A stretch of DNA of 64,000 nucleotides, taken from Chlorokybus atmophyticus. Taxonomy: Eukaryota; Plantae; Mesostigma and Chlorokybus algae. Location of the stretch: the NCBI GenBank assembly GCA_009103225.1, contig RHPI01000810.1, forward strand, positions 1,405,962 to 1,469,961, given 5' to 3'. How positions within the stretch are numbered: the stretch's first letter is position 1; each line of letters starts with the position of its first letter. Of this stretch, positions 12,913 through 25,171 are shown piece after piece. Below the pieces are notes generated by a model. The model did not search any database, was not told the origin of the DNA, and saw nothing but the letters and a program-made list of their open reading frames with translations. The translations under genes and the position numbers were made by a program.

Positions 12913-13311
12913 GGGGGGGGGGGGGGGACTACCATGATACAACTATAGCATGCTGAAGATTGCTACAGCGGCAGCTTCAGACACGCGCTCTAACTCAGAC
13001 GACTGCTACACGCAGATGCATGCTCAGCGTCGCAGCGTGACAACAGCATGCAAGAGAAAAGTCTTGATGTGGGGTGTAGGTTTTGGGGGTACGGGTGGGG
13101 GTCAGTGCGCGTGCACAAGCGTGTGTTTATGTTTATCACAACACGTACTGTCAATGCGCAGTGGGAAGCAGCTTTCTGCAAGTACTGATCACACACCGAA
13201 CTAGTGCAGAGTCGATTTTAAGTACGAGTCGTATTATACAACTTTTTCATCGCACGTGACTGACAGGCAGGTTGCATCGCGGTCGTTCATTGTTAACATC
13301 ACACGGCCAGA

Positions 13312-13619
13312 ATGCGTTTCCGGCCGCCTAAGCGGCGGCCACTGCTGGCCACGTCGGCGGTGATGTGTGGGTCTGGCGTGCTGACTCACGCACCTGCTGT
13401 GAGAGTGGTGATGTCATCAGGCGGCCATGTCGAGGCGGCGGAGGCGGAGGACATGGAGAAGGTGAGGAGCAGCAAGGCTGTGGCAGCGAAGGCGGCGAAC
13501 ATTGCCGACCTTGCCATTGATGACCAAAACACCAACAACGACAACGACCACAACAGCAGCAGCAGCAGCGGCAGTTACAAGGTCACTAGCATTGTACCTG
13601 GCAGGCCACGCCTTCAAGG
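13312..13619 (+). CDS. Possible first exon of a hypothetical protein
   Basis: GC-rich ORF MRFRPPKRRP...AEAEDMEKVRSSKAVAAKAANIADLAIDDQNTNNDND ending at a possible GT donor. It is divergent from the LRR gene. No family motif recognised and downstream exons unresolved. Confidence 0.3.
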
Positions 13620-15617
13620 TGTAAGTTGATGTGACAGCAGCAGTCCACAGCAGCATTCCTCATCCACTATCGCTAATACCCACGCGTACTGTCCCATCAT
13701 CATGACGGCACATTGTGGCGTTTGGGTTGCGTGGCATGATGTAAAACGCATCTCTATGTACATACACATGCACCTGGTCTGCCTGCGTAAAGGTAATCAC
13801 TGCTCGAGCAGTTTGCGCCGTTACATGCCATGCAAGGTGTATGGGTCTGATGCTGATAGTACTGGTGGTGCCCAAAAGGAGTCTTGAAGAGACTTAGTTG
13901 AATCTGTCGCAAAGGGCGCCAGTGTTGCTGACTGTGGCACTCTCACATGCAGTGTCAGTGACACAGTGTCAGCAACACTGAGTGTCTGTATGATGCATGT
14001 CGCTTCTTGCATGTTGCTGCTGCCTCGACTCTCACGTCTGTATCAGTGGAAGCTGTGCAGGTTTCCGCTCCGGTGCGTAGCACAGTCGCTAGGCCTACAC
14101 TGTGCTCTGAGTTTAACTATCTTCGCCGGAGAGGTAATTGCGTTATCAACGCCATGCGGAAATACCTTTGTGACCAACCGGACTGGCAGTTCGACCTTCG
14201 GCGCTTGCATGCATGCATGCATGCAAGTGGGTTGTGATAGAAATGAGGTATTGCATGCCTTAACTACACCAACATGAATGCAATGTCTTGTATGGTCATA
14301 ATGGCAAAGAATAAATAGTAAGGAATAAGGAAAAGCATTTCAGCGAAATCAAAGCATCAATGTAAGACAATGCCTTACGTGGGTTTCAAAATAGATCTTG
14401 CATGATATACCTGGCTGTAACCAACATGTTGATTGCCGCTGTTGATTGCTTGCTGCCCGCCTCGTACACCGCCTCAACCCCTCCACACCCACGTACTTAG
14501 CTAGCGCACGCAGTTGCAGCACTAAGTTGCCCCTGCCTTTGATTAAGCAAGGCCCTTAATTTTGTGCTGCTCCTCTGCGTGGCTTGCTTGGTGTTGGCTT
14601 GGCTTGGTATGCTACACTGCATGCTTCAGCATCTGAACTACTGGAAATCATATACCCTTGTATATATGTAAATGCAATAACCATGATAACATTGAATTTA
14701 ATGCTATGCTAGCAGGGATATTGTGTATGTGTCACTCACGTTTACGATGACTTCAATGTGAGTGCTATTCGTAACAAGCTTTCCGATCCGGGTGGTAGCA
14801 TAATCATGGTAGCATATAGTATGAGGTAACATGCAACCGTGCAAACTTAGGTTAATAAAAGTATTTTGTAAAATTAAGTTTCCACGGTTGCATGTTAGCT
14901 TATACTATATTATATTAAGTTATCTTACGCAAAAATTGGATGTATAATCTGTTTATGCATATCACAATATGCATAAATTGCCATTTGATGTGAACATAAA
15001 GGAATGCATGGTAAATTTTCACAATTTTGACAAACAACCATTCGGTTGGTCTTTCATGCTGGCTGTCAACAAACATGGCACATTGCCTTGCAGCCTCGAC
15101 TTGAAACACACAATGCTACTCTACACTACATGGTAGCACCCTAGGAAATAGCTCACCCCAACAAGCTACTGAGTGGCTGGTTGGGCTAAGAATCTTAGCC
15201 CAAGAGATAGCACAACAAGCTACTAGCTCTCCTCATGTGACCCCTATTGGGAATACTTGGCATCATGCCTGCAGGAAGGCCTTGATGACAGATGCTGTTT
15301 TTTGCGCGGGAACGAGTCATCAATCCCTTCCTTCACACATTTCAAAATCCCCTGCTAGCCACGTCTGCCACCGCTAGAGGTGAAGGAGCCGACCAGGACC
15401 AGGGCGAGAAGGAGAAGGAGAAGGAGAAGGAGAAGGTGAAGGAGCAAGAGGCGGCAGGCATCCCCACCTTTCCGGACCGCCTACCTCGCTGAGGACAGGG
15501 GCGGCCGAGGACAACAAGGCGAGGGCGACAAGGAGGAGGGGGCGGAGCTCAACGAGGGTGTGGACGGGGCGGCGGAAGGGCGGCGGCGGCGTCTGAGACG
15601 TTGTCGTCGTTGTCGTC

Positions 15618-18021
15618 ATGGGTATCAAGGGTCTGACGAAGTTGATCGGCGACCATGCGCCGGCGGCGGTGAAGGAGGTGAAGTTCGAGTCGTACTTTGG
15701 GCGGAGGGTCGCCGTGGACGCCTCCATGTGCATATACCAGTTCCTCATGGTTGTGGGTGAGTTCAACACTAACCAACAGTACTTCTTGTTTTTACAGTCG
15801 AGTTGTGAGCTTGGTGGCTTGTCATGCGTGCATGCCTGCACCTGATCTGCAGTTGCATTTGTTGTTTCTACGTTTGCATTGGTTGAACAAGTAGGCTTGT
15901 GTGTTGTATTGCGCGTTGTGTCATGTTGCGCAGTGTATGGCTTGGTAGCTTGTCATGCATGCATGCTTGCAATTCATATGCTACTGACATTACTTTCACA
16001 AATTGACGTGTGTGTTGTGTTGTGTTGTGTTGTTGTTATGCATGCATACAAGTTTGCAGTGTACTCCGTGCAGCATGTTGCGTAATGCAGTCGGCACTGT
16101 GAGTAGATTTGGTTTTCGGTACGGTGATTAGCACAATCGACTGAGCAGTATTACCGGACACACAACCATCGCTTATCTCTGTTGGGCTTTCTTCTACTTA
16201 CTGCTTGTTTGCTTGCTGCAACCTTTGCCCTTCTATGGAAAGCTTCCTATTCAATCAATCGACTAACAGCACAAGACCGCACGCACACGCAGACACATAC
16301 ACATACACACGCTCTCTTGCACGCGCACCCCCCCCACCCCCACCCCCGCCCCCACACGTCCACACACCAACACACATCTCTCCCCCCAGGTCGTCAAGGC
16401 GAGCAGTTGTTATCTGACGCCGACGGCCGCGTGACTTCCCACCTTCAGGGCATGTTGACCCGCACGACCCGTCTCCTCGAGGCGGGCATCAAGCCCGTGT
16501 ACGTGTTCGACGGCGCCGCGCCTGAACTGAAAAGGGGGGAGCTGGCGAAGAGGTTTGCGAGACGGGATGAGGCGGAGGCGGAGCTGAGTAAACAGAGGGA
16601 GAAGAGAGAGGAGGAGGGGAAGGAGGGGGAGGAGGTGTTGACGGAGGCGGAGGCGCAGGCACAGGTAGGGGAGTGTAACCTACTCTTGCCTCTACTCTCC
16701 TGTCTTGTTTGTGCGCGCGCGTGCTCGCGCGTGTAGGTGTAGGTATATGTGCGTGTGTTTGTGTGCGCGCGCACGTGTGTGTATGCGCGCACGGGTGTGT
16801 GCGCGGGTGCTGGCTTGCACGCCACAAACAAGCACACACATGCGTGCGAGTGGGCGCGCGTGCTTGCGTACCGGTGCTGATGCGTGCGGGTATGCGTGCA
16901 TGTGGTCATGCGCATGAAGTTGTGTGTTAGGTTGTTGGCATGTATCTGGGTGCGCTTGTGTACATTGATTTGCGTAACATGGACTCACCCACACAGGCGG
17001 AGAAGTACAGCAAGCGTACGGTTCGTGTGACTCGCGAGCAGAACGAAGAGTGCCAGAAGCTTCTGCGACTGATGGGTGTTCCCGTGGTGATCGCTCCCGG
17101 CGAGGCCGAGGCTCAGTGTTGCGAGCTCGCTCGTGCGGGTCGCGCGTACGCCGCCGTGTCCGAAGACATGGACTCCCTCACCTTTGGCACGCCACGCCTC
17201 GCGCGACAACTACTCACGCCCGCAGCGCAGAAGCTACCTGTGTTGGAGTTTGATGGTCCCGCCGTGCTCGAGGGACTCGCACTCACGCGGGAACAGTTTA
17301 TTGACTTGTGCATACTCATGGGGTGTGATTATTGCGGGACTATACGAGGGATTGGACCGGGACGAGCACTCGCACTCGTAAAGAAGCATGGTGATATTGA
17401 ACATATCCTCAGCGATGCTATTGACACTGCCAAGAATCCCGTACCCGACCCATTTCCATACAAAGAAGCCAGGGTAAGAGGTCTGTGTACATGTGTGTGC
17501 AATGCGCATGCGCGCGCACACACGCGCGCGCATGCGCATTGCACCATTTACAACACATGTTGTGTCAACCACCAACACGCATGGTCGTGCGTCCTCAAGC
17601 TTGTGGATGTTACTTTGTCTGCATCTTGAGACACACCTTGAAATCCTTGATCGAGTGGTATGCTGTCGTGTGCACGCAGGAGTTATTCAAGTCGCCAACC
17701 GTAATACCGGCGGACGAGGTGCCCGAGTTTCATTGGACGGCGCCGGACGAGGAGGGTTTGATCCAGTTCCTCGTGCACGAGAAGAACTTCAACAACGAGC
17801 GCGTAGTGAAGCAGATCGAGAAGATACGCACCGCCAAGAAGGCCGCCACGCAGGGCCGACTCGACTCCTTCTTCAAAGTGGACCCCAACAATAACAACAG
17901 CAACAAGCGCAAGGACGTGCCCGCAGGCGGGAACAACAACACGAGTAATAAGAAGGGGAAGCCTGCTGCTGCTGCTGGTAGAGGGCAGGGAGGCAAGCCC
18001 AGAGGGAGGCCGCGTAAATGA
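15618..18021 (+). CDS. FEN1: Flap endonuclease 1, 4 exons
   Basis: [15 protein letters not shown]...[10 protein letters not shown]; [27 protein letters not shown]; APGEAEAQC; [10 protein letters not shown]; [22 protein letters not shown]; PCNA PIP box QGRLDSFF; basic tail ending at TGA 18019-18021. Confidence 0.97.
17497..17544. repeat. Perfect 21-bp inverted repeat with 6-nt loop in a FEN1 intron
   Basis: GTGCAATGCGCATGCGCGCGC acacac GCGCGCGCATGCGCATTGCAC. Confidence 0.9.
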
Positions 18022-18730
18022 CTAGCCATCATGTTGGGTAGGCCGCTTAAGAGTGTACAGTTTGCTGCTGTTGTACAGCGTATACTATTGTAGCTTTGCC
18101 TTCTGATTTTGCTCAAGGCGTATGACAATATGCTTGTAGGATAGCTGGGTGGTGTCCCTATGCTGTTGGCTCGCTGGCATTGTGTGTTCAAGTGAAGGCA
18201 ACCAGAGAGTAGTCCTTGCAGACAATATGTTAACATGTAATGCACATACACGGTCCCTATGATTGAGGGCAGGGCCTTTGTTGGCTCCCATCTTCATGAG
18301 ATGTGATGCCGGAACACCCCGCGACCAAGGTGGACGCAGCGTGGTACAGCGGGTGTGGACGTGTGAGGTTGCAAGTGCGTGCGGAAGGGGGCAAACAGTA
18401 CCATAGGCTATGTTGCGGATGTGCGTACAAAAGGGGTATGCTGCTATGTCGGCAGGCAAAGTGCGTGTGTATGTATATAAAGGGTATGGTACGGTGGCAA
18501 CATGCATGATGTGCGGCCAATGTGAGGGACATGCATGACATATAACCTTCACCACTCACATAACAGTCACCAGAGGTCCCCCATGGGGTATGTGTGTGGG
18601 TGCGCATGGGTGCGAGCAAGTGACAGGCTCGGACTGCTGGCAGTGCGGCGCAGATCATGTGCGTGGGTGTGTATATTACATGCAATGCATGAAGTTATGA
18701 CGTGCACCACACCCCCAATTGCGCATATTC

Positions 18731-18780
18731 ACCACCGAGCTGTTCACCTACTTACTACTTACCTACCTTCACCAACCCAA
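18731..18780 (+). repeat. Copy of a dispersed ACCACCG(A/G)GCT-(CTAC)n-CTTCAC repeat family
   Basis: ACCACCGAGCTGTTCACCTACTTACTACTTACCTACCTTCACCAACC. Related copies on - at ~26930-26978, ~28360-28405 and ~54063-54121, and on + at 54422 and 54505. Confidence 0.7.
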
Positions 18781-20244
18781 CTGCTTAGACATATAGGCAT
18801 GCATGCACGTGTAATTACCTGCGCAACGGCGGTTATCGCCGTACAGGCAGCGGATACAATCACAGGCAGCGGCAGCAGTAACAGCGCCCCACTCCTTCTC
18901 CCTCCTCCCTCAGCCTCTCCTTTTCTCCTCCCCTCTCTCGCCCGTCTCTCTCCCCGCCAACAATGTCCCTGTTATCCTCTGTCTCCTGCTCTTCTCTGTG
19001 TCAATGGTAATAGGGAGTTGCTTTTCTGGCCCACTCGGTACGGGATAGGCCACTAGGTCAAGGGTTTGCAGACCCTCCATCTGGCAGACCCAGCCAGTGC
19101 CCCTCTGGCCATGCTCGCAGCATGGTGCACTCTTGCGCACTCGTGTTGCAGTGCTGATTGGCGTCCGCGGTGGGGTAGGGGGTTGTGTGCGGCGATGCCG
19201 CATGGGCAAGCTGCATTACAACAGCTTGCTCCCCATGCAGTATCAGCGTGTAGCGTGCAGCTCGGCATCAGTGGTGCTGTCGCTCGAGATTCTTTATCAC
19301 CATCATGTACAGCAGTAATGGTGGTGTGCAGTAGACGTACACATTATTCCTCGGCATCCTCTGTCGCAACGTTAATAGCAGCTTATTCAGTGCGTGGCCG
19401 TCGATGTGCATGTCCTTCAGCAAGTCCGTCATGGCTGCAATAAAGTGCGCTCTGTGTGCGCACGCTCACAAAGCGTGTGTACTGTGAGTCGACGACGCCT
19501 AGCTTCACCATGCTTGATGTATTAGAGGTCAGCAGCGCCGCTGTGATGTGTGGTACGCAGCGATGGGCCGGCAGGTCCCATTTACTGTACGGCTTGGTAC
19601 AATTGCCATCTAAGGTCTGGAACACCGACAGATCTGAGCATGGCAGTGAGTCTCCTGTTGCTGTCGTGACTCCGTGAGGATGTCACGCGGACACAGTCCA
19701 CCTCCTGGTACTTGCGCATCTATGTACAGCAACCAGGTTACAGTCTGGGACAGCAAGTACGACTCAATCTTCAATGTAGCAAAGTGAACCGCGCGCACAC
19801 TGCCCCAGCACCTGCATATGGCCTTGGATTGCTTGCATCCAACCCCTACACTTGAGTTACTGTTAAGCAGCGACTCGTATGTTTAATGTGTCGTATGAAG
19901 CCAACACATGATACGCATGCCAAAGCAAGGCTCGCAAGCAATAAAGGTGCTCTTCCAACAGTAGCAACATTCAACAGCTATTGTGACCTGGCTAATTAGC
20001 CACAACCCCTGACGCACGATTGTGCGCCATGTGCTGTACTAGCTATGCACTACTCTACAAAGCAGCCCTACCAAACCACAAACAGTGGTCTATGCTGCCC
20101 CATACCATGCCTAATCACTTCACTACCACACCACCGCACTGGTTGGCAACACCAGTGATACCACGTAACCAATGCACAAGCACAACAATCTATGTACAGG
20201 ATACCCATACCAGCCAGAAACAACTCTTCTTCTGCAAACAGCCG

Positions 20245-22019
20245 TCATATCCAATCCATCTCCTGCAGCTTCAACGGCAGATACACTTCCGACAGGTACT
20301 GGAACCCAAACGAACTCAACGCCTCTGCAACATACATGCACAACACGTCAGCACAGAACACAACCAAGACTCTGACTTGGGCACAGCATGCAGACGATGC
20401 ATTGCTGCACAAGTGAACACCATTGGACTTACGTATTTCGGCCTTTTCTTTGGAACGAACCATGAGATCGAGTTCTTTATGCCAGGCTGGGTTGCTGCTG
20501 ATGAACTCTTCTTGCAGAAGCTCGCGACCAGTCTTTATATCGGTGTCGGTCATCGGAAGGCGGCACTGCTCGGGGATGTGATAGCGGTTGAGGTCGGAAG
20601 GACGCACGCCAAGCCACTTTATATCCGGGGTGGTGAGGTTGGCAGAATCGTAAGACATGTTCTTGCTGCCACTCATGTACACGGATAGGATCTTGAGACC
20701 ATACGGGTCAGCATCCACAAGCCCGAGGACAGGAATGCGCAGCTGAAGCTTCAACCTTCTGAGAAACAAGCGGGTTGCCACATCTGGCTGGCCTTTTGCT
20801 GTGAGTATGATACATGGAAAGCGGTTGTAGAAACGGTCTTCGGCAAGGCGCATAAATGCTGCGTCCTTCTCCACTAGCAGTATGAATGTGGCATCAGAGC
20901 GGATGTTGTTCACTCTGTCGAGGTTGGGAGGGATGGCTTTTCCCCCGATGCCCATGCGAGTGCAATCGATGGTGTCACCGTCTTCATCAAATTGCAGCCG
21001 CCCGACAACAACACCCTTCTCGGATGCGACAACGCTGAGGGATGAACGTGTGCAGCCCAGCATGCAACTGACGTCTTCGAGAACGGCATCAGACTGCCCT
21101 TGCTCCACAAACAGCTTCACGTCGGTGTAGAATAAGTCGCGCTTGGTGACATGTATCCTCTTCAAAGACAGCTGGTGGATCTGTTTTGTTGTCACACACC
21201 AATGAGGTTTAGGGTGTGTACTGCTGAGCACAAGTGCAAAGGCTGTGTCAGCTAAACACACACGACACTCAAGCCATGTAAGCCAACGACTCACCTACCT
21301 TGACACAATCACATGTAATGCACACAATTGTTTGCCGTTAATGCTGCTAGAGTAGGCTGTAAGCATTGCTTGTCTGCTCGAGTATTTGCATGCAACCCAA
21401 TCAACACTAACCATACTACTGCAGCATGTACGCAGCTGTTGAGTCAGTTGATGAATTGCAACAACACTGATTGCTTGTACACATTGCCATAACGGACAGC
21501 TCCAAATAAGGTACGTTAATAATACAGCCATGCATGCCCAAGTGCATGCAACTGTATTGAGCTCCACGCATGCATGGCAACATGCAGGACGCGCACCAGT
21601 TGTAGGACGCGTGCGGTAATTGTGGCCTTGCGGACTGTGGAGGTGTTAGCAAAGGGCCGCACTGACTCCTTGTCCTTGAGCACAATGCGGTCCAGCTCCT
21701 TGACATAGAGCTGGTTACCGGCCGCCCTGGAAGGCACCCGCCAGGTGAGGCCCTCGCCTGCCACGATCTGGGCGGCGGCATCAGTGAGAGCGGCTTCTAT
21801 AAGCGCCACGACGTCGTCTGTGGACACCTCCTTGACTTCCCTGACGCCCTGCAGACCGAGGTCCGCCAGCGTCCTGGAGCCCTCCTTCACCGCCGCCGCC
21901 GCCATGCTGGCAGCCAGCTTCTGCACGCCCTTAAGCACCTCCCCGTCGCTCTTCAGCTTCTTCTTCATCCCCAGCGCAGCGGCGGCCCCCTCCCGCTCCC
22001 TGCCCCTGGCCGCCGCCAT
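20245..22019 (-). CDS. TOP6A: DNA topoisomerase VI subunit A (SPO11-3/RHL2 type), 3 exons
   Basis: [23 protein letters not shown]; catalytic Tyr in TKRDLFYTD; Toprim motifs LLVEKDAAF and [13 protein letters not shown]; [22 protein letters not shown]; C-terminal KAEI|[26 protein letters not shown]. Confidence 0.96.
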
Positions 22020-22280
22020 GCTGGACCACCGCCACCACCGCCGCCGCCGCTGCCGCGGCGCGGGAAACCGCACGCTTATGCAACCCATATCCATAGACGT
22101 AGCGTTTAGGTCAATTCTGTAATACATTCCAATCACTGATCCTGCCTTTTTTGGGGCAATGATGGGTAAAGTACACTGTACCATAACGGTTACCCTACGT
22201 GTGGTGGTGGTCGTTGTCGTTGGCGGCCGCGGCGGCGGCGGCGTGAGGGGAAGGAGCATCAGTGATTGTGGTATGGGCCG

Positions 22281-22919
22281 ATGGCTCAAGCGGTAGGCGG
22301 AGGGCCTGGCACGCTGCACGTGACGGTTGAGGCGGCTAAGGGGAAGGGGGCGGGTTGGCCTCAGGCAGGGGAGCCTGTGTTCTGCAGGGCTGAGGTGAGG
22401 TCTAAGGGTGGAGGCCCTGGTGACAAGCGCAGGACGGCCAGCAAGCCTGTGGAGCTGGTTAAAGCAGGGGAGAGTGGAGTGGGTTCACCTGGAGAGGGAG
22501 GGGCAGGGAGTATCACCACCAGCAGTACTACTTGCAAGCATGTCATCAGCTGGGGAGCAACTGGAGAGACTCTGACCTTCTCTCTGAGTTCAGATAGCGA
22601 TGAGCTCCGCCTTGTGCTCTGTGCCGAGGACGAGAGCCAGGGCCCACGCGGCCGCACCCTCGCCAATGGCGGCTTCTTTGTAAAGGACATCATGGGCCTC
22701 AAGGCTGTCGATCATGAGTGGTTCGACATGTTCGCGCCCAACGGCGCAGGTGGATCCATCCGCCTCACTCTCCGCTTCCTTCCCTCCACCGCCACCACTG
22801 CTCACGAGCCGCTCTTCCCCAATGACAACCCGCATGAACCGATCTCCCCCAAGTCCAACGCCAAGATTGCCACCCCCATTGATCAACCTGATCTTCAAGG
22901 CTGGCGGTTCGAGTTGTGA
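22281..22919 (+). CDS. Intronless C2-domain-like protein (212 aa)
   Basis: C2-like beta strands: GTLHVTVEAAK, VFCRAEV, ISWGATGETLTF, LRLVLCAED, LANGGFFVKDI, EWFDMFAPNGAGGSIRLTLRF. Confidence 0.65.
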   Translation: MAQAVGGGPGTLHVTVEAAKGKGAGWPQAGEPVFCRAEVRSKGGGPGDKRRTASKPVELVKAGESGVGSPGEGGAGSITTSSTTCKHVISWGATGETLTFSLSSDSDELRLVLCAEDESQGPRGRTLANGGFFVKDIMGLKAVDHEWFDMFAPNGAGGSIRLTLRFLPSTATTAHEPLFPNDNPHEPISPKSNAKIATPIDQPDLQGWRFEL

Positions 22920-23133
22920 CACAAGCTGAAGATTAGAGCCACTTAGTACCACCATTATTTATATCCATATTTTTTGTATACATGTTGCCCAAGTACAGTT
23001 GCAAAAAGGAAGTTTTGTAACCTGTCTTGATATAGCGAAGTGCACCCACCTGATGCCTTGATGTGGACTGCGGCTGCGAAACCGGCCTGAATGCAAGGTC
23101 GACTTTGCGCGTGCAACACCAGTTCACCTGATA

Positions 23134-24406
23134 CTAGATTGCACGGTAGTGTGCAACAGTATCCTCAACAATAGCGAATGACTCCTCTAGCTCGCTGCGA
23201 TCCATGCCATGCTGCGTGAACTGCGGACAATGAGTTGCAAGATGCAGGAGACAAGAACAGATGTTGACTGCTCAATTGATCAGTAACAACACGTGCATTG
23301 CCAACAGCATGCTGCTTTTCTACGTGCGCAAGGAGGATGCAACAGCAGTTTTGGGTTTTCTTTCAAAGCATACTAAATGAACACGAGTCCTCATACCTGA
23401 TGCACAAATGCATTGGCCTGCAGCATCGCATAAGCATTTGGTAGCATGCGACTGAGCAAGGCTGCCCCAGCTTGCGAGTTGCTGATCACGCCAGCAGCCA
23501 CCTCATTCTAATGAATACAAAATGTGAGCCGTCAACTTGGCACAATGTTAACAGCGTGTGCAATGTTACTCACCCCTGCGTAGGGTGCAAGGCACCGGAT
23601 GGACTGCATCGGGTCAACCGACCATGCCGCGTACAATGCTGGATCAGCAAACGCGGATACATCTGCAGCATCAGCGCCCCGGCCATGAAGTGCAATCACA
23701 TTTGCAACACACTTGTTGGGACCCGGCCAGTTCTGATGTTCACCCCTATTGGCATTGGCAACTGTTTGCCGCAGGCGATTTATGACCGCCGGCCACGTGG
23801 TCGGCAACGAAAAAGAACCTGAGACACAAAAGCAACCATGATTTGTCAAGGATTGCCATTACCAACTGTGTGTGCCATTGCACTCTTACCAGATGGACCC
23901 TTGGGACCTGGGAACACGTCGCTGGTAAGCAGCCTGTATGCCGGATGAGCACATGCATGGTGCAGGACATCAGTGAAGGCGTCTGGAGCAGCCATAACGC
24001 TGGCAAGCGAGTGAGCGCATACAACATTAAGCTCGGGCATGCCGGGCCGAGCGGCGCCTAACGCCTCCATCGCCACAGCCTGACACAATCAACCACAATG
24101 TGCCATGTACATGGAATCTACCTTCTGACTGTGCACTAGCATTGCACGATTGGGTATGAGCGTGACGATCTTTGTTCATTGGTCGATGTGGCCCACTGTA
24201 TGTGCATGTCTGTGAGTGCGTCACACCAACAACTTAAGCACATAATATGTCGAGTACTAGTAATGCACTGCATATTAGCTTCCAACCTTCTGCTTGCGCG
24301 AGTAAGCAATGCATGAAGCGTTGCAAACTCGTGCGCAAGTGCAAGTGCGAGTGAAGTACCAAATAGACAGTTTGCTGCTGCAGACGGTATACTGCTATTG
24401 CTTGTA

Positions 24407-24439
<33 letters not shown>

Positions 24440-25097
24440 CACTCAGTGTGCGTACACTTGAGCAAATGCACACCTGCAGTTTGTCGTTTGGGTGGAGGGA
24501 GATGGCAGCAGCGGTGCGCAGGTGATGAGAGATAGAAAGGAGAGCATTGTACGATTGCACTGCGACGTCGCTCCCACCCGCAGCATAGGGGGCGACACTG
24601 ACGCTAAAAGCTGGCAAGCTGAGGCTTTCAGCGACTGCCTCAGCTATGCGGCAGCCCAAACCTGAGCCTGTGCCCCCGGCGACACTGCCGATGACAGCGA
24701 CGCCGGCAGGGCAGTCTGCCCGCTCCACCTCCTTCCTGACGGCGTCCACCGCCGCCTCCGTGAGCGCCGGCTGGGCGTAGTAGCCCCTCGCCCAGCAATT
24801 GCCCGACCCGCCCTGGCCGGCCACGCCGCTACCGGCAGCGTAGCGCCACGTGTCGCGCCGTGAGCTCGCCCTCGCCGCCTCGGCCACAGCCTTGGGCTCC
24901 GCATCCACAAGCACAGCCCTGGCCACGGCTACACCGCCGCCCACCCCACCCTCCCGAAAGTATACACCTTCCTCCCCTCCACCACCTCCTCCACCTCCTC
25001 CTGCCCCATACAGCGCATCCAGTAGCGCCGGCCCAAGCTGGTTCCCGCACTGGCCAACCTGCACCGCCACCACCGCCGCCTCCGCCCCCGCCCCCAT
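23134..25097 (-). CDS. TUBD1: Delta-tubulin, about 5 exons
   Basis: VAVQVGQCGNQLG; VARAVLVDAEPKAV; GSGNCWARGY; RKEVERAD; SVAGGTGSGLG; VAVQSYNALLSISH; HPAYRLL; TWPAVINRLRQ; NKCVANVIALHG; ISNSQ...AFVHQ|...GMDRSELEESFAIVEDTVAHYRAI* (stop 23134-23136). The D-x-E-PKV motif, TW..L..LRQ and the short C-terminus fit delta better than alpha, beta, gamma or epsilon. Confidence 0.9.
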
Positions 25098-25171
25098 CAA
25101 CAACAACCACTGTGTACAGTGTACAGTGTTAAGGACAGGCATACCTACATGCCTGTGTAGGAGCGCAGCGC

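Noticed and set aside
15292-15492. EK-repeat ORF upstream of FEN1
   Set aside because: It derives from a (GAGAAG)n microsatellite in a probable promoter or leader, with no other coding support.
18800-19800. Possible gene behind a CT-rich promoter-like tract between FEN1 and TOP6A
   Set aside because: No consistent spliced reading frame or recognisable motif could be assembled by eye.
20245-22019. Meiotic SPO11-1/SPO11-2
   Set aside because: The N-terminal [24 protein letters not shown] and C-terminal YLPLKLQ..DWI fit the TOP6A/SPO11-3 clade as I recall it; phylogeny would confirm.
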